Assembly: GCA_964522545.1 (NCBI GenBank)
Contig: CAZFWM010000003.1
Span: 3,729-67,728, forward strand
DNA from: an uncultured Thermodesulfobacteriota bacterium
GTDB taxonomy: Bacteria; Desulfobacterota; DSWW01; CAZFWM01
DNA length: 64,000 nt
Direction: 5' to 3'
The first letter of the stretch is position 1. Each line of letters opens with the position of its first letter. A model generated the notes under the pieces. It was not told the origin of the DNA and did no database searches. It saw nothing but the letters and a program-made list of their open reading frames with translations. Below, one piece after another: positions 35,304 to 45,201 of this stretch. The translations under genes were made by a program, and so were the position numbers.

Positions 35304-35353
35304 GGAGCTGACGGCTGACAGCTGATCGCTGATAGCTTGCGGCTTTGCCGCAA
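35304..35353 (+). repeat. GCTGAnn heptad array plus a small hairpin, copy 1 (upstream of ilvB)
   Basis: GGAGCTGACGGCTGACAGCTGATCGCTGATAGCTTGCGGCTTTGCCGCAA, ending 30 nt before the ilvB ATG. Confidence 0.75.
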
Positions 35354-35383
35354 TCGGGTGAAAACAAAATAAGGACGGACCCG

Positions 35384-37081
35384 ATGAAAATGACATGTGC
35401 GAAGGCGCTCATAGAGAGCCTGAAGCGGGAGGAAGTGGAGGTCATCTTCGGTTACCCGGGTGGGGTGATGCTGCCCATCTACGACGAGCTGTACAACTCG
35501 GACATACGGCACATTCTCGTGCGCCACGAGCAGGGTGCGGCACACATGGCCGACGGGTACGCGAGGGTGTCCGGCAAGGTGGGCGTCTGCATGGCCACAT
35601 CCGGGCCCGGCGCCACGAACCTCGTCACCGGGATCGCCAACGCCAACATGGACTCGATCCCCATCGTGGCAATCACGGGACAGGTCGCCACCACCATGAT
35701 CGGAACAGATGCCTTTCAGGAGGCGGACATCACGGGGATCACGCTGCCCATCGTCAAGCACAGCTACCTGGTCAAGGAGCCCAGGGAGCTGCCCATGGTG
35801 GTCAAGGAGGCATTCCACATCGCGGCGGCCGGGAGACCGGGGCCGGTCCTCATCGACATTCCAGTGGATATTTCCAAGTCCGTCGTAATGTACCGAAAAC
35901 CGGAAAGGCTCCATCTCCCCGGCTACAAGCCCACCTACAAGGGGCACCCGAGGCAGATCAGAGGAGCGGCCGATATCGTCCGGAATGCAAAAAGGCCCAT
36001 ATTCTACATCGGGGGTGGTGTAACCCGGTCCGGGGCGCACAAGGAGATCTACAAGCTGGCCACGACCATGAACATCCCCGTGACGACGACACTCATGGGG
36101 CTGGGCTCGTTTCCCGAAACTCACAGGCTCTCCCTCGGGATGCTCGGCATGCACGGCACCTGGTATGCCAACACGGCCATCTCGAAGGCGGACCTGATCA
36201 TCGCCATCGGCGTGCGCTTCGACGACCGGGTTGTCGGAAAGCTGGGGACCTTCGCCCCGTCGGCCCAGATCATCCATATCGACATCGATCCGGCGGAGAT
36301 CGGCAAGATCGTCGTCCCTTATGTACCCATCGTCGGAAATGTCAAGGACGTCACCGCCGCACTCATGAGTGAGCTTGACAAGAACGGCAGGAAAGCCAAG
36401 CCTTCGCGGAAACGCTGGCTCAGCCAGATCGGCCAGTGGAAGAAGGACTATCCCATGAGCTACAAGACGGGAGGCGCCCTCAAGCCCCAGTATGTGGTGG
36501 AGAAGCTCTACGAGGTGACTGAAGGAAAGGCCATCATTGCCACGGACGTGGGCCAGAACCAGATGTGGGCCGCCCAGTTCTACAAGTTCACCAAGCCCAA
36601 CACCTTTGTCTCTTCCTGTGGCCTGGGCACCATGGGCTTCGGCCTTCCGTCCGCCATCGGGGCCCAGGTCGCCAGGCCGGATGCACTGGTCTTCGTCGTG
36701 GCCGGCGACGGCAGCTTTCAGATGACGGCCCAAGAGCTCGCCGTCGCCTTAATAGAGAAGATCCCCGTGAAGGTGGCCATCCTGAACAACGGGTACCTCG
36801 GAATGGTGAGGCAGTGGCAGCAGCTTTTCTACGGCAAGCGTTACTCCCATACCGACCTGAAGCGCGGCGTCAGCCCCGATTTCGTGAAGCTGGCAGAGGC
36901 TTACGGGGCCGGCGCGGCAAGAGTGGAGCGACCCAGAGACGTGGGGCCGGCCCTGAAGAAGGCGATCGAGGCCGACGGCCCCTATGTCATAGACTTCGTG
37001 GTGGAGGCCGAGGAGAACGTGTTTCCCATGGTCCCGCCCGGACAGCCGAGCTCCGAGATGATTCTGGAGGAAGGGAAATGA
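35384..37081 (+). CDS. ilvB: Acetolactate synthase, large subunit
   Basis: GYPGG..L, TSGPGATN, and the TPP motif GDGSF.M..QEL......P.K....NN..LGMV. I chose the ATG at 35384. The track start at 35345 is an extension. Confidence 0.93.
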   Translation: MKMTCAKALIESLKREEVEVIFGYPGGVMLPIYDELYNSDIRHILVRHEQGAAHMADGYARVSGKVGVCMATSGPGATNLVTGIANANMDSIPIVAITGQVATTMIGTDAFQEADITGITLPIVKHSYLVKEPRELPMVVKEAFHIAAAGRPGPVLIDIPVDISKSVVMYRKPERLHLPGYKPTYKGHPRQIRGAADIVRNAKRPIFYIGGGVTRSGAHKEIYKLATTMNIPVTTTLMGLGSFPETHRLSLGMLGMHGTWYANTAISKADLIIAIGVRFDDRVVGKLGTFAPSAQIIHIDIDPAEIGKIVVPYVPIVGNVKDVTAALMSELDKNGRKAKPSRKRWLSQIGQWKKDYPMSYKTGGALKPQYVVEKLYEVTEGKAIIATDVGQNQMWAAQFYKFTKPNTFVSSCGLGTMGFGLPSAIGAQVARPDALVFVVAGDGSFQMTAQELAVALIEKIPVKVAILNNGYLGMVRQWQQLFYGKRYSHTDLKRGVSPDFVKLAEAYGAGAARVERPRDVGPALKKAIEADGPYVIDFVVEAEENVFPMVPPGQPSSEMILEEGK

Positions 37082-37554
37082 AACATACCTTGTCGATTTC
37101 GGTGGAGAACAAACCCGGCGTGCTAACCCGGGTGGCGGGCCTCTTTTCAAGACGGGGCTTTAACATTGACAGCCTGGCTGTCGGCATATCGGAGAAACCG
37201 AACATATCCAGGATGACCGTGGTCGTGGATGTGGAGACCCAGCCCCTCGAGCAGGTGTCGAAGCAGCTCCACAAGCTCGTCAACGTCCTGAAGTTGATCC
37301 ACCTGGATCCCGACGACTCGGTCGAGAGGGAGCTCGTGCTGATAAAGGTCGGGGCCGAGCCAGGGCAGCGCACCGAGGTGAGGGAGATCGTGAACATATT
37401 CCGCGGAAAGATCGTCGACGTGGGCGCCCGGACGATCACCACGGAGATCACGGGAACCACGTCGAAGATCAAGGCCATTGAGGAACTCCTGGCTCCGTAT
37501 AAAATAATCGAGATCGCACGGACCGGAAAGATCGCCCTTGCGCGGGGGGAGTGA
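37078..37554 (+). CDS. ilvN: Acetolactate synthase, small (regulatory) subunit
   Basis: HTLSI.VENKPGVL.RV.GLFSRRGFNI.SL.V. ATGA overlap with the ilvB stop. Confidence 0.95.
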   Translation: MKHTLSISVENKPGVLTRVAGLFSRRGFNIDSLAVGISEKPNISRMTVVVDVETQPLEQVSKQLHKLVNVLKLIHLDPDDSVERELVLIKVGAEPGQRTEVREIVNIFRGKIVDVGARTITTEITGTTSKIKAIEELLAPYKIIEIARTGKIALARGE

Positions 37555-37567
37555 AGTTAATGGTACA

Positions 37568-37732
37568 GGAAATCCGCGGAGCTTATGAAAAAGAATTGAA
37601 CCACAGAGTTCACAGAGGACACAGAGAGAATGAAAATAATCAACCTCTTTCTTCCTCTGTGCTCTCTGTGTCCTCTGTGGTTAATTCTTAAACGTAACGG
37701 TTGAAATGTCAGAGATTAAAAGTCTGTCTGAA
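37568..37732 (+). repeat. Family A element, copy A4 (lacks the CGCAGAG left end)
   Basis: GGAAATCCGCGGAGCTTATGAAAAAG...CCACAGAGTTCACAGAGGACACAGAGAG...CTCTGTGCTCTCTGTGTCCTCTGTGG plus the shared right flank. It lies between ilvN and ilvC. Confidence 0.85.
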
Positions 37733-37767
37733 TAGCGATAAGTTCAGAAACTGAGGAGGAAATAGTA

Positions 37768-38760
37768 ATGGCCAATCTTTACTACGACAAGGACGCCTCT
37801 CTGGATCTCATCAAGGGCAGAAAGGTCGCCGTCATCGGATTCGGCAGCCAGGGGCACGCCCACGCGCAGAACCTGCACGAGAGCGGCGTTGACGTGACAG
37901 TCGCGCTCCGCCCGGGAAGCACTTCGGAGCGGCAAGTGAAAGAGGCGGGGCTCAGGGCGGCGCCGGTGGCGGAAGCGGCCGGGTGGGCCGACGTGCTGAT
38001 GTTCCTGATCCCGGACCTCCAGCAGAAAGACGTTTATTATGCGGACGTGCAGGGCAATCTCTCGGACGGAGACGCCCTGTTCTTCGCCCACGGGTTCAAC
38101 ATCCATTTCGGCCTGATCGAGCCGCCGCCCCATGTGGACGTCATCATGATCGCGCCCAAGGGGCCGGGGCACATGGTCCGGCGTACTTACACCGAGGGGA
38201 GCGGCGTCCCCTCGCTCATCGCGGTCGACCAGGACACGACCGGCAGCGCCATGGCCCTCGGCCTCTCCTACGCAAAGGCCCTCGGCGCCACCCGGGCGGG
38301 CGTGATCGAGACCACCTTTGCCGAGGAGACGGAGACCGACCTGTTCGGAGAGCAGGCGGTCCTCTGCGGAGGGCTATCGGAGCTGGTTCGGGCCGGCTTC
38401 GACACCTTGGTCGAGGCGGGCTATCAGCCGGAGATCGCCTATTTCGAGTGCCTCCACGAGCTCAAGCTCATCGTGGATCTGATCTATGAGAGCGGCATCT
38501 CGGGCATGCGAGACTCCATTTCCGAGACCGCGGAGTACGGCGACGTGGTCAAGGGCAAGAGGATCATCACAGGGGAAACAAGAGAGGAGATGAAGAAGCT
38601 CCTAGGCGAGATCCGCTCCGGTCGGTTCGCCAAGGAGTGGATACTCGAAAACATCGCGGGCAGACCACAGTACAGGGCCATGCTAAGGGCCGAGAAGGAC
38701 CACCCCATAGAGAAGGTGGGCAGAGAGCTCCGCAGCATGATGAGCTGGCTGAAAAAATGA
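37768..38760 (+). CDS. ilvC: Ketol-acid reductoisomerase (class I)
   Basis: [22 protein letters not shown] and [21 protein letters not shown]. Confidence 0.95.
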   Translation: MANLYYDKDASLDLIKGRKVAVIGFGSQGHAHAQNLHESGVDVTVALRPGSTSERQVKEAGLRAAPVAEAAGWADVLMFLIPDLQQKDVYYADVQGNLSDGDALFFAHGFNIHFGLIEPPPHVDVIMIAPKGPGHMVRRTYTEGSGVPSLIAVDQDTTGSAMALGLSYAKALGATRAGVIETTFAEETETDLFGEQAVLCGGLSELVRAGFDTLVEAGYQPEIAYFECLHELKLIVDLIYESGISGMRDSISETAEYGDVVKGKRIITGETREEMKKLLGEIRSGRFAKEWILENIAGRPQYRAMLRAEKDHPIEKVGRELRSMMSWLKK

Positions 38761-38779
38761 GAAACACGTTCATCGAGAT

Positions 38780-38818
38780 ATCTACGCGACTGCGTAGATC
38801 TTTTGAGGTTTTTTTTAG
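38780..38818 (+). terminator. Rho-independent terminator after ilvC
   Basis: ATCTACGC-gact-GCGTAGAT followed by cttttgaggtttttttt. Confidence 0.75.
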
Positions 38819-38830
38819 GGGAAGGCTGGG

Positions 38831-38879
38831 GGAGCTGATAGCTGAAGGCTGAAAGCTGATAGCTTGCGGCTCCGCCGCA
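38831..38879 (+). repeat. GCTGAnn heptad array plus a small hairpin, copy 2 (upstream of leuA)
   Basis: GGAGCTGATAGCTGAAGGCTGAAAGCTGATAGCTTGCGGCTCCGCCGCA. The SD AGGAGG follows within 4 nt. Confidence 0.75.
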
Positions 38880-38892
38880 TCAGGAGGCAAAC

Positions 38893-40410
38893 ATGTCAAA
38901 CAAAGTCCATATCTTCGACACGACACTGCGCGACGGCGAGCAGTCTCCCGGCATCGCTCTAAACATCCGGGAGAAGCTGGAGATCGCCGAGCAGCTGGCC
39001 CGGCTCAATGTGGATGTCATCGAGGCCGGGTTTCCCATCGCCTCCCAGGGCGATTTCGAGGCGGTGGAGGCGATTGCAAAGAAGGTCAAGGGCCCCATCA
39101 TCGCGGGCCTCGCCAGGACCGACGACGAGGACATCGACAGGGCCTACGAGGCGATCAAGGAGGCCGAGAGGCCCCGCATCCACACCTTTGTCTCCACCTC
39201 CGACATCCACCTCAAGCATCAGCTCAAGAAGACCAAGAGAGAGGTACTGGCCATGGCCAGGCGGGCGGTCCGCAGGGCCAAGCGCTACGTGGACGACGTG
39301 GAGTTCTCGGCCATGGACGCGACGCGCTCCGATCCGGACTACCTGTGTCGCATATTCGAGGTCGCCGTTAAAGAGGGGGCCACTGTGATCAACATACCCG
39401 ACACGGTCGGGTACGCCCTGCCCCACGAGTTCGCCGCACTCGTAAAGGACCTGATCAAGAACACCCCGGGGATGGACAAGGTGATCGTCTCCGTGCACTG
39501 CCACAACGATCTCGGCCTGGCCGTGGCCAATTCCTTTGCCGCCCTGCGGGTCGGGGCGAGACAGGTGGAGAGTGCGGTGAACGGCATAGGCGAGCGTGCC
39601 GGCAACGCCTCCCTGGAGGAGATGGCCATGATCATCGACACGAGGAAGGACCACATGGACCTTTCCACCGGGATCAATATTTCGGAGATCGCCAGGACCT
39701 CCAGGCTGGTGAGCATGCTCACCGGCTACCCGGTCCAGCCCAACAAGGCCATCGTCGGGGCCAATGCATTCGCCCACGAGTCGGGAATCCATCAGGACGG
39801 CGTGATCAAGGAGCGAAGCACCTACGAGATCATGAAGTCCGAGAGCATCGGAAACATCGAGTCCGAGATCGTGATGGGTAAACATTCGGGCCGGCACGCC
39901 TTCCGGTCGAAGATCGAGGAGCTCGGCCTGTTTCTCAAGCGCGACGGGATCGACCGTGCCTTCAAGCGCTTCAAGGATCTCGCGGACGCCAAGGGCAAGG
40001 TGAGCGCCAGAGACCTGGAGGCGCTGGTCCTGGACGAGATCGGGCAGATCCCGGATCAGCTCTACCTCGAATACTCCCAGTCCTCCAGCGGCACGAACTC
40101 CATACCGATCGCGTCGGTCCGGCTGAAAAAGGGAAACAGGAAGTACGAGGCCATTGCCTCCGGGGACGGCCAGGTGGACGCCCTGTGCAAGGCCATCAAG
40201 AAAGCCGCCCGGTTCAAGGGAGCTCTGGCCTCGTACAACGTCAAGGCGATCACGGGCGGCGTGGACGCCCTCGGTGACGTGACGATCAAATTGGAAGAGG
40301 GCGGCAGGCAGGTAACGGGCCGGGCCATCGGGATGGACATCGTGGAGGCCTCGGGTCGGGCTTATCTCAACGCCATTAACCGGATGCGCGTGGGGACCTC
40401 GGGCAAGTAG
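38893..40410 (+). CDS. leuA: 2-isopropylmalate synthase
   Basis: [26 protein letters not shown] and a C-terminal LeuA dimerisation/regulatory domain. RBS AGGAGG. Confidence 0.9.
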   Translation: MSNKVHIFDTTLRDGEQSPGIALNIREKLEIAEQLARLNVDVIEAGFPIASQGDFEAVEAIAKKVKGPIIAGLARTDDEDIDRAYEAIKEAERPRIHTFVSTSDIHLKHQLKKTKREVLAMARRAVRRAKRYVDDVEFSAMDATRSDPDYLCRIFEVAVKEGATVINIPDTVGYALPHEFAALVKDLIKNTPGMDKVIVSVHCHNDLGLAVANSFAALRVGARQVESAVNGIGERAGNASLEEMAMIIDTRKDHMDLSTGINISEIARTSRLVSMLTGYPVQPNKAIVGANAFAHESGIHQDGVIKERSTYEIMKSESIGNIESEIVMGKHSGRHAFRSKIEELGLFLKRDGIDRAFKRFKDLADAKGKVSARDLEALVLDEIGQIPDQLYLEYSQSSSGTNSIPIASVRLKKGNRKYEAIASGDGQVDALCKAIKKAARFKGALASYNVKAITGGVDALGDVTIKLEEGGRQVTGRAIGMDIVEASGRAYLNAINRMRVGTSGK

Positions 40411-40436
40411 GGGGAGATTTGTCGGGGAATGACGAG

Positions 40437-40502
40437 CCGGAGGGCCGACCTCTGTGTCGGCCGGGGGCCAATTGCGGACGCCACAGAGGGCGTCCCTCCG
40501 GA
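40437..40502. repeat. Twin-hairpin module E3
   Basis: Outer stem CCGGAGGG/CCCTCCGG encloses GGCCGAC-ctctgt-GTCGGCC and GGACGCC-acagag-GGCGTCC. It lies between leuA and leuC. Confidence 0.75.
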
Positions 40503-40522
40503 GATCGGGAAACGAGGTGATC

Positions 40523-41782
40523 ATGGGAATGACGATAACCCAGAAGATTCTGGCGAGGGCGGCCGGGGCAAAGAGCGTGGAGCCGGGTGAATTCGTCACT
40601 TGTAGGGTCGACTTCTGCCTGGCCAACGACATCACCGCGCCCCTCGCCATGGAGACCTTCGAGGCCATCGGGGCCGGCGAGGTCTTCGAGAGGGACAGGA
40701 TCGCGCTCATACCGGACCACTTCACGCCGAACCGGGACATCCGGGCGGCCGAGCAGTGCCGGCGCGTGAGGGACTTCGCCCGGGAAAAGGAGATCCGCCA
40801 TTACTACGAAGTCGGGAGGATGGGAATCGAGCATGTGATCCTTCCCGAATTCGGACTCGTGCTGCCGGGGGATGTGGTGATCGGCGCCGACTCGCACACG
40901 TGTACCTACGGGGCCCTCGGGGCCTTCTCCACCGGGGTCGGGAGCACGGACCTCGGTGCCGTGATGGCCCTGGGCGAGGTGTGGCTGCGGGTGCCGGAGA
41001 CGATCAAATTTATCTACACCGGCAAGCCCGGCAAGTGGGTATCGGGCAAGGATCTCATCCTCCACACCATCGGCCTCGTCGGCGTGGAAGGCGCGCTGTA
41101 CAAGTCGATGGAGTTTGTCGGCGAGGCCGTGGGCGAACTCTCCATGGACGGCCGGTTCACCATGGCCAATATGGCCATCGAGGCGGGCGCCAAGAACGGC
41201 ATCTTCCGGTACGACGCCAAGACCGCCGAGTATCTGAAGGGCAGAAGCGTCCGGGCCTTCGAGCCGGTCGACAGAGACCCCGACGCCAAATACGAGAAGG
41301 TCATCGAGATCGACGCCTCGGCGATCGAGCCGCAGGTTGCCCTGCCCCATCTCCCGTCGAATGTGGTGAGGGCCTGTGACGCGCCGGACGTGGAGATCGA
41401 CCAGGTGGTCATCGGGTCCTGCACGAACGGGCGCCTCGAAGATCTCACTGTGGCGGCCTCCATTCTCCGGGGGCGGCGTGTAAAGGAGGGCCTGAGGCTC
41501 ATCGTCATCCCGGGATCCCAGGGCGTGTATCTGGAGGCGCTCCGGCTCGGTGCCATAGAAACGTTCGTTAAGGCAGGGGCGGCCGTGAGCACCCCCACCT
41601 GCGGCCCCTGCCTCGGAGGCCACACGGGCATACTCGCCGCGGGCGAACGGGCCCTGGCCACGACCAACAGGAACTTTGCCGGACGCATGGGGCACGCCGA
41701 AAGCGAGGTCTACTTGTGCGGGCCGGCCGTGGCCGCTGCCGCGGCGGTGAGCGGCACGATCACTTCTCCGGAGGAGCTGTGA
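40523..41782 (+). CDS. leuC: 3-isopropylmalate dehydratase, large subunit (short, about 420-aa type)
   Basis: [21 protein letters not shown] and CGPCLG. The ATG at 40523 is chosen over the track extension. Confidence 0.9.
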   Translation: MGMTITQKILARAAGAKSVEPGEFVTCRVDFCLANDITAPLAMETFEAIGAGEVFERDRIALIPDHFTPNRDIRAAEQCRRVRDFAREKEIRHYYEVGRMGIEHVILPEFGLVLPGDVVIGADSHTCTYGALGAFSTGVGSTDLGAVMALGEVWLRVPETIKFIYTGKPGKWVSGKDLILHTIGLVGVEGALYKSMEFVGEAVGELSMDGRFTMANMAIEAGAKNGIFRYDAKTAEYLKGRSVRAFEPVDRDPDAKYEKVIEIDASAIEPQVALPHLPSNVVRACDAPDVEIDQVVIGSCTNGRLEDLTVAASILRGRRVKEGLRLIVIPGSQGVYLEALRLGAIETFVKAGAAVSTPTCGPCLGGHTGILAAGERALATTNRNFAGRMGHAESEVYLCGPAVAAAAAVSGTITSPEEL

Positions 41783-41784
41783 CC

Positions 41785-42276
41785 ATGATCGAAGGGAGCG
41801 CCTGGAAGCTCGGCGACAATATCGACACGGATGCGATCATTGCGGCACGCTACCTGGACACCACCGATCCGCAGGAGCTCGCGAGGCACTGCCTGGAAGA
41901 CGTGCTGCCCGACTTCGCCGGCAAGGTCTCGGGCGGGGACGTGCTGGTGGCCGGCTCCAACTTCGGGTCCGGCTCGTCCCGGGAGCACGCGCCCCTGGCG
42001 ATCAAGGGGGCCGGAGTCTCGTGCGTGATCGCCGGGAGCTTTGCCAGGATCTTTTTTCGAAACGCCTTCAATGTGGGGCTCCCGCTCCTGGAGTGCGCCG
42101 AGGTCTTCGACGGGACCAAGGCCGGAGATCAACTGGAGGTCGATTTCGCCGCCGGCATGATCCGGAACCTCTCCACCGGCGCTCGGTACACGGCCCGCCC
42201 CCTGCCGCCCTTCATCCGGAAGCTGGTGGAGGCGGGCGGCCTGGTGAACTACGCGCGGGAGAGATTGGGGAAGTAA
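41785..42276 (+). CDS. leuD: 3-isopropylmalate dehydratase, small subunit
   Basis: GDNIDTD.II.ARYL and G.NFG.GSSREHAP.A. It starts 3 nt after the leuC stop. Confidence 0.9.
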   Translation: MIEGSAWKLGDNIDTDAIIAARYLDTTDPQELARHCLEDVLPDFAGKVSGGDVLVAGSNFGSGSSREHAPLAIKGAGVSCVIAGSFARIFFRNAFNVGLPLLECAEVFDGTKAGDQLEVDFAAGMIRNLSTGARYTARPLPPFIRKLVEAGGLVNYARERLGK

Positions 42277-42288
42277 TATAGAATTTAT

Positions 42289-42310
42289 TCTGAGGAACCC
42301 AGGAACCCAG
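42289..42310. repeat. Family B single arm (B3)
   Basis: TCTGAGGAACCCAGGAACCCAG, 13 nt after the leuD stop. I saw no mirrored arm nearby. Confidence 0.7.
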
Positions 42311-42312
42311 CT

Positions 42313-42398
42313 GTAGGGTGCGTTAGCGTCAGCGTAACGCACCAGAATATGCCCGGATCTCTAAATCACGGTGGGTTACGCTTCGCTAACCCACCCTA
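42313..42398. repeat. Twin-hairpin module E4
   Basis: GTAGGGTGCGTTA-n9-TAACGCACC and its inverted variant GGTGGGTTA-n8-TAACCCACCCTAC, with a compensated C/G change in the stems. Confidence 0.7.
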
Positions 42399-42409
42399 CT
42401 TCTACTGAA

Positions 42410-42538
42410 ACGAAAAAAGAATATCGAACCGCAGAACAAGGAACCGCAGAATATCGAAGTGAAGAATATGGCTTTTTTCTCTCTTTACTTCTGCTGTTCG
42501 AAATTCCTTGTTCGATATTCGATATTCTCTTTTTCTGT
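42410..42538. repeat. GAATATCGAA / CCGCAGAA-word imperfect palindrome upstream of leuB
   Basis: The left arm ...GAATATCGAACCGCAGAACAAGGAACCGCAGAATATCGAAG is mirrored by CTTCTGCTGTTCGAAATTCCTTGTTCGATATTCGATATTC. Confidence 0.65.
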
Positions 42539-42565
42539 TGCGGCCCGGCCGCATTAGGAGGCTCC

Positions 42566-43621
42566 ATGTACAAAATAGGCGTAATCCCGGGTGACGGGAC
42601 GGGCCCGGAGGTGGTCGACGAAGGGCTCAAGGTCCTCGACGCCCTGTCCAAGATCTTCGGTTTCTCCTGTGACTTCGTCTCCTACGACTACGGCGGAGAC
42701 AGGTACCTGAAGACCGGCGAGGTGCTGCCCGAAACGGCCATCGGGGAGCTCGAAAAACATGACGCCCTGTTTCTCGGGGCCATCGGCCACCCCGATGTGA
42801 GGCCGGGGATCCTGGAAAAGGGCATCCTCCTCAATATCCGGTTCGCCCTCGACCAGTACATCAACCTCAGGCCGGTGCAGCTCTACCCGGGTGTTGAGTG
42901 CCCCATCGCGGGCAAAGGGCCGGAGCAGGTGGACTTCGTCATCGTGCGCGAGAACACGGAGGGTCTCTACGCGGGGAGCGGAGGGTTTCTGAAAAAAGGA
43001 ACCGCGGACGAGGTAGCCGTCCAGGAGAGCGTCAACACGCGCAAGGGGGTGGAGCGCTGCATACGGTACGCCTTCGACTACTGCCGGAAGAGGGACCGGC
43101 GCAAGAAGCTGACCCTCTGCGGAAAGACCAATGTGCTCACCTACGCCCACGACCTCTGGGAGCGGACCTTCCACGAGGTCGGCCGGGAGTACCCGGACAT
43201 CGAGACCGACTACGCCCACGTGGACGCCATCTGCATGTGGTTCGTCAAGAACCCGGAGTGGTTCGACGTCATCGTCACCGACAACATGTTCGGCGACATC
43301 ATAACCGACCTGGGGGCTATGATCCAGGGCGGCATGGGCATCGCCGCCGGGGGTAACATCAATCCTCAGAGCACCTCCATGTTCGAGCCGATCGGCGGAT
43401 CGGCGCCGAAATACACGGGCCAGGGCGTGGTCAATCCCCTGGCGGCCATATGCGCCGCGAAGATGATGCTGGAATACCTGGGAGAGGCCGACGCAGCGAT
43501 GAAGCTGGACGACTCGATATCGAGGGCGCTCGTGAACGATATCAAGGACCTCGGTGCCGGAAAGATGGGCATGTCCACATCCGAGGTCGGCGATCTCATC
43601 GTGAGGTACGTGGAAGAATGA
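42566..43621 (+). CDS. leuB: 3-isopropylmalate dehydrogenase
   Basis: [21 protein letters not shown] and NMFGDI.TD. AGGAGG lies 5 nt before the ATG at 42566. The track's 65-codon N-terminal extension runs through repeats. Confidence 0.92.
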   Translation: MYKIGVIPGDGTGPEVVDEGLKVLDALSKIFGFSCDFVSYDYGGDRYLKTGEVLPETAIGELEKHDALFLGAIGHPDVRPGILEKGILLNIRFALDQYINLRPVQLYPGVECPIAGKGPEQVDFVIVRENTEGLYAGSGGFLKKGTADEVAVQESVNTRKGVERCIRYAFDYCRKRDRRKKLTLCGKTNVLTYAHDLWERTFHEVGREYPDIETDYAHVDAICMWFVKNPEWFDVIVTDNMFGDIITDLGAMIQGGMGIAAGGNINPQSTSMFEPIGGSAPKYTGQGVVNPLAAICAAKMMLEYLGEADAAMKLDDSISRALVNDIKDLGAGKMGMSTSEVGDLIVRYVEE

Positions 43622-45201
43622 AAAGACGAATTGACAGGGTGCTGATCTTCGACACCACTCTCAGGGACGGGGCCGCCCGAGAGGGCCTCTCTCTCTCCGT
43701 GGAGGACAAGATCCGGATAGCCCACAAGCTCGACGAATTCGGCCTGCACATGATTGAGGCCGGCTTCCCTTCCTCGAACCCCAAGGAAGAGGAGCTCTTC
43801 AGACGTCTTACCACGGAGAAATTTCGCCACGCCGAGATCATCGCCTTCGGCAGCACCCGGGCCAAGAAGGTCGAGGCTCGCCGCGACCCGCACCTGAAGA
43901 AGCTGATCAATGCGAAGACCGAGACGGTCTGTATTTTCGGGAAGAGCTGGGATTTCAACGTGAAGGCCGCCCTCAAGACCTCCCTGGCCGAAAACCTGAG
44001 GATGATCGAGGAGACCATAGCTTACCTGAAGAAGAGGAAGCGCAGGGTCATCTTCGATGCCGAGCACTTCTTCGACGGCTTCAAGGAGAACCCGAAGTAC
44101 GCGCTCAAGACGGTCCAGGCGGCGGCCGAGGCCGGGGCGGACTGGGTCGTGCTCTGCGATACCAACGGAGGCGCCCTCCCCTTCGAGGTCCTCGGCATTG
44201 TGAGGGACATCCTCCCCAAGGTGGATGCCCCCCTGGGCATTCACGCCCACAACGACTCCGGATGTGCCGTGGCGAACAGCCTCTCGGCGGTTCGGGCCGG
44301 GGCGCAGATGGTCCAGGGCACCATCAACGGGTACGGGGAGCGGTGCGGCAATGCCGACCTGTGCGCCATCCTCCCGGCGCTCAAGCTCAAGATGGGGCTG
44401 GACTGTATCGACGATTCGAACCTTTCGAGACTCACCGAGCTCTCCCACTTCGTCAGCGAGCTGGCCAATGTGTCGCCCGACGCATTTCAGCCCTATGTCG
44501 GGGCCAGCGCCTTCGCCCACAAGGGCGGGGCCCACGCCAGCGGGGTCGCCAGGCAGTCGAGGACCTACGAGCACATCGACCCGGCCCTCGTGGGGAACCG
44601 CCAGCACATCGTCGTCTCGGAGATATCCGGGAGGACCGCCATCCTCCAGAAGGCCCTTCAGCTGGGCTGCAACATGGGCAAAGTGAAAAAGAAGGTGGGC
44701 GAGATCCTCAGGAAGGTCAAGGACCTGGAGCACGCCGGCTATCATTTCGAGGCGGCCGACGGCTCCTTCGACATCCTGATCAACAAGACCATCGGGGACT
44801 ACAAGCGTTTTTTCGAGCTGGAGAGCTTCCGGGTCATCGTGGACAAGCGCGAGACCGGAAAGATCGTCTCCGAGGCCACCATAAAGATCCACACGGGCGG
44901 CGAGCGGATCATAAGCACGGCCGAGGGCAACGGCCCGGTCAATGCGTTGGACCTCGCGCTGAGGGGCGCCCTGGCAAAGGCCTATCCCGATCTCGAGAAT
45001 ATGGTGCTCTCGGACTACAAGGTGCGCGTGCTGGACGAGTCGATGGGAACCAGCGCCGTGGTGCGCGTCTGGATCGAGACCAGCGACAGAGAGACGTCGT
45101 GGGGCACCGTGGGCGTGCACGAGAACATCATCGAGGCGAGCTGGAACGCCCTGGCCGAGAGCATCGAGTTTGGGCTGGGGCAGCGCAAGCGAAAAAAATA
45201 A
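43618..45201 (+). CDS. cimA: Citramalate synthase (LeuA-related, Geobacter/TIGR00977-like type)
   Basis: [27 protein letters not shown]...IEAGFP.SNPK, HAHND.G.AVANS and a C-terminal regulatory domain. ATGA overlap with the leuB stop. Confidence 0.75.
   Translation: MKRRIDRVLIFDTTLRDGAAREGLSLSVEDKIRIAHKLDEFGLHMIEAGFPSSNPKEEELFRRLTTEKFRHAEIIAFGSTRAKKVEARRDPHLKKLINAKTETVCIFGKSWDFNVKAALKTSLAENLRMIEETIAYLKKRKRRVIFDAEHFFDGFKENPKYALKTVQAAAEAGADWVVLCDTNGGALPFEVLGIVRDILPKVDAPLGIHAHNDSGCAVANSLSAVRAGAQMVQGTINGYGERCGNADLCAILPALKLKMGLDCIDDSNLSRLTELSHFVSELANVSPDAFQPYVGASAFAHKGGAHASGVARQSRTYEHIDPALVGNRQHIVVSEISGRTAILQKALQLGCNMGKVKKKVGEILRKVKDLEHAGYHFEAADGSFDILINKTIGDYKRFFELESFRVIVDKRETGKIVSEATIKIHTGGERIISTAEGNGPVNALDLALRGALAKAYPDLENMVLSDYKVRVLDESMGTSAVVRVWIETSDRETSWGTVGVHENIIEASWNALAESIEFGLGQRKRKK

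Noticed and set aside
38959-40740. 593-aa minus-strand ORF over leuA. Others lie at 35210-36733 (over ilvB), 40376-41695 (over leuC), 43366-45618 (750 aa, over cimA), 45458-46552 and 46315-47511 (over the GOGAT genes).
   Set aside because: Same reasoning as above: these are antisense shadows of strongly supported plus-strand genes.
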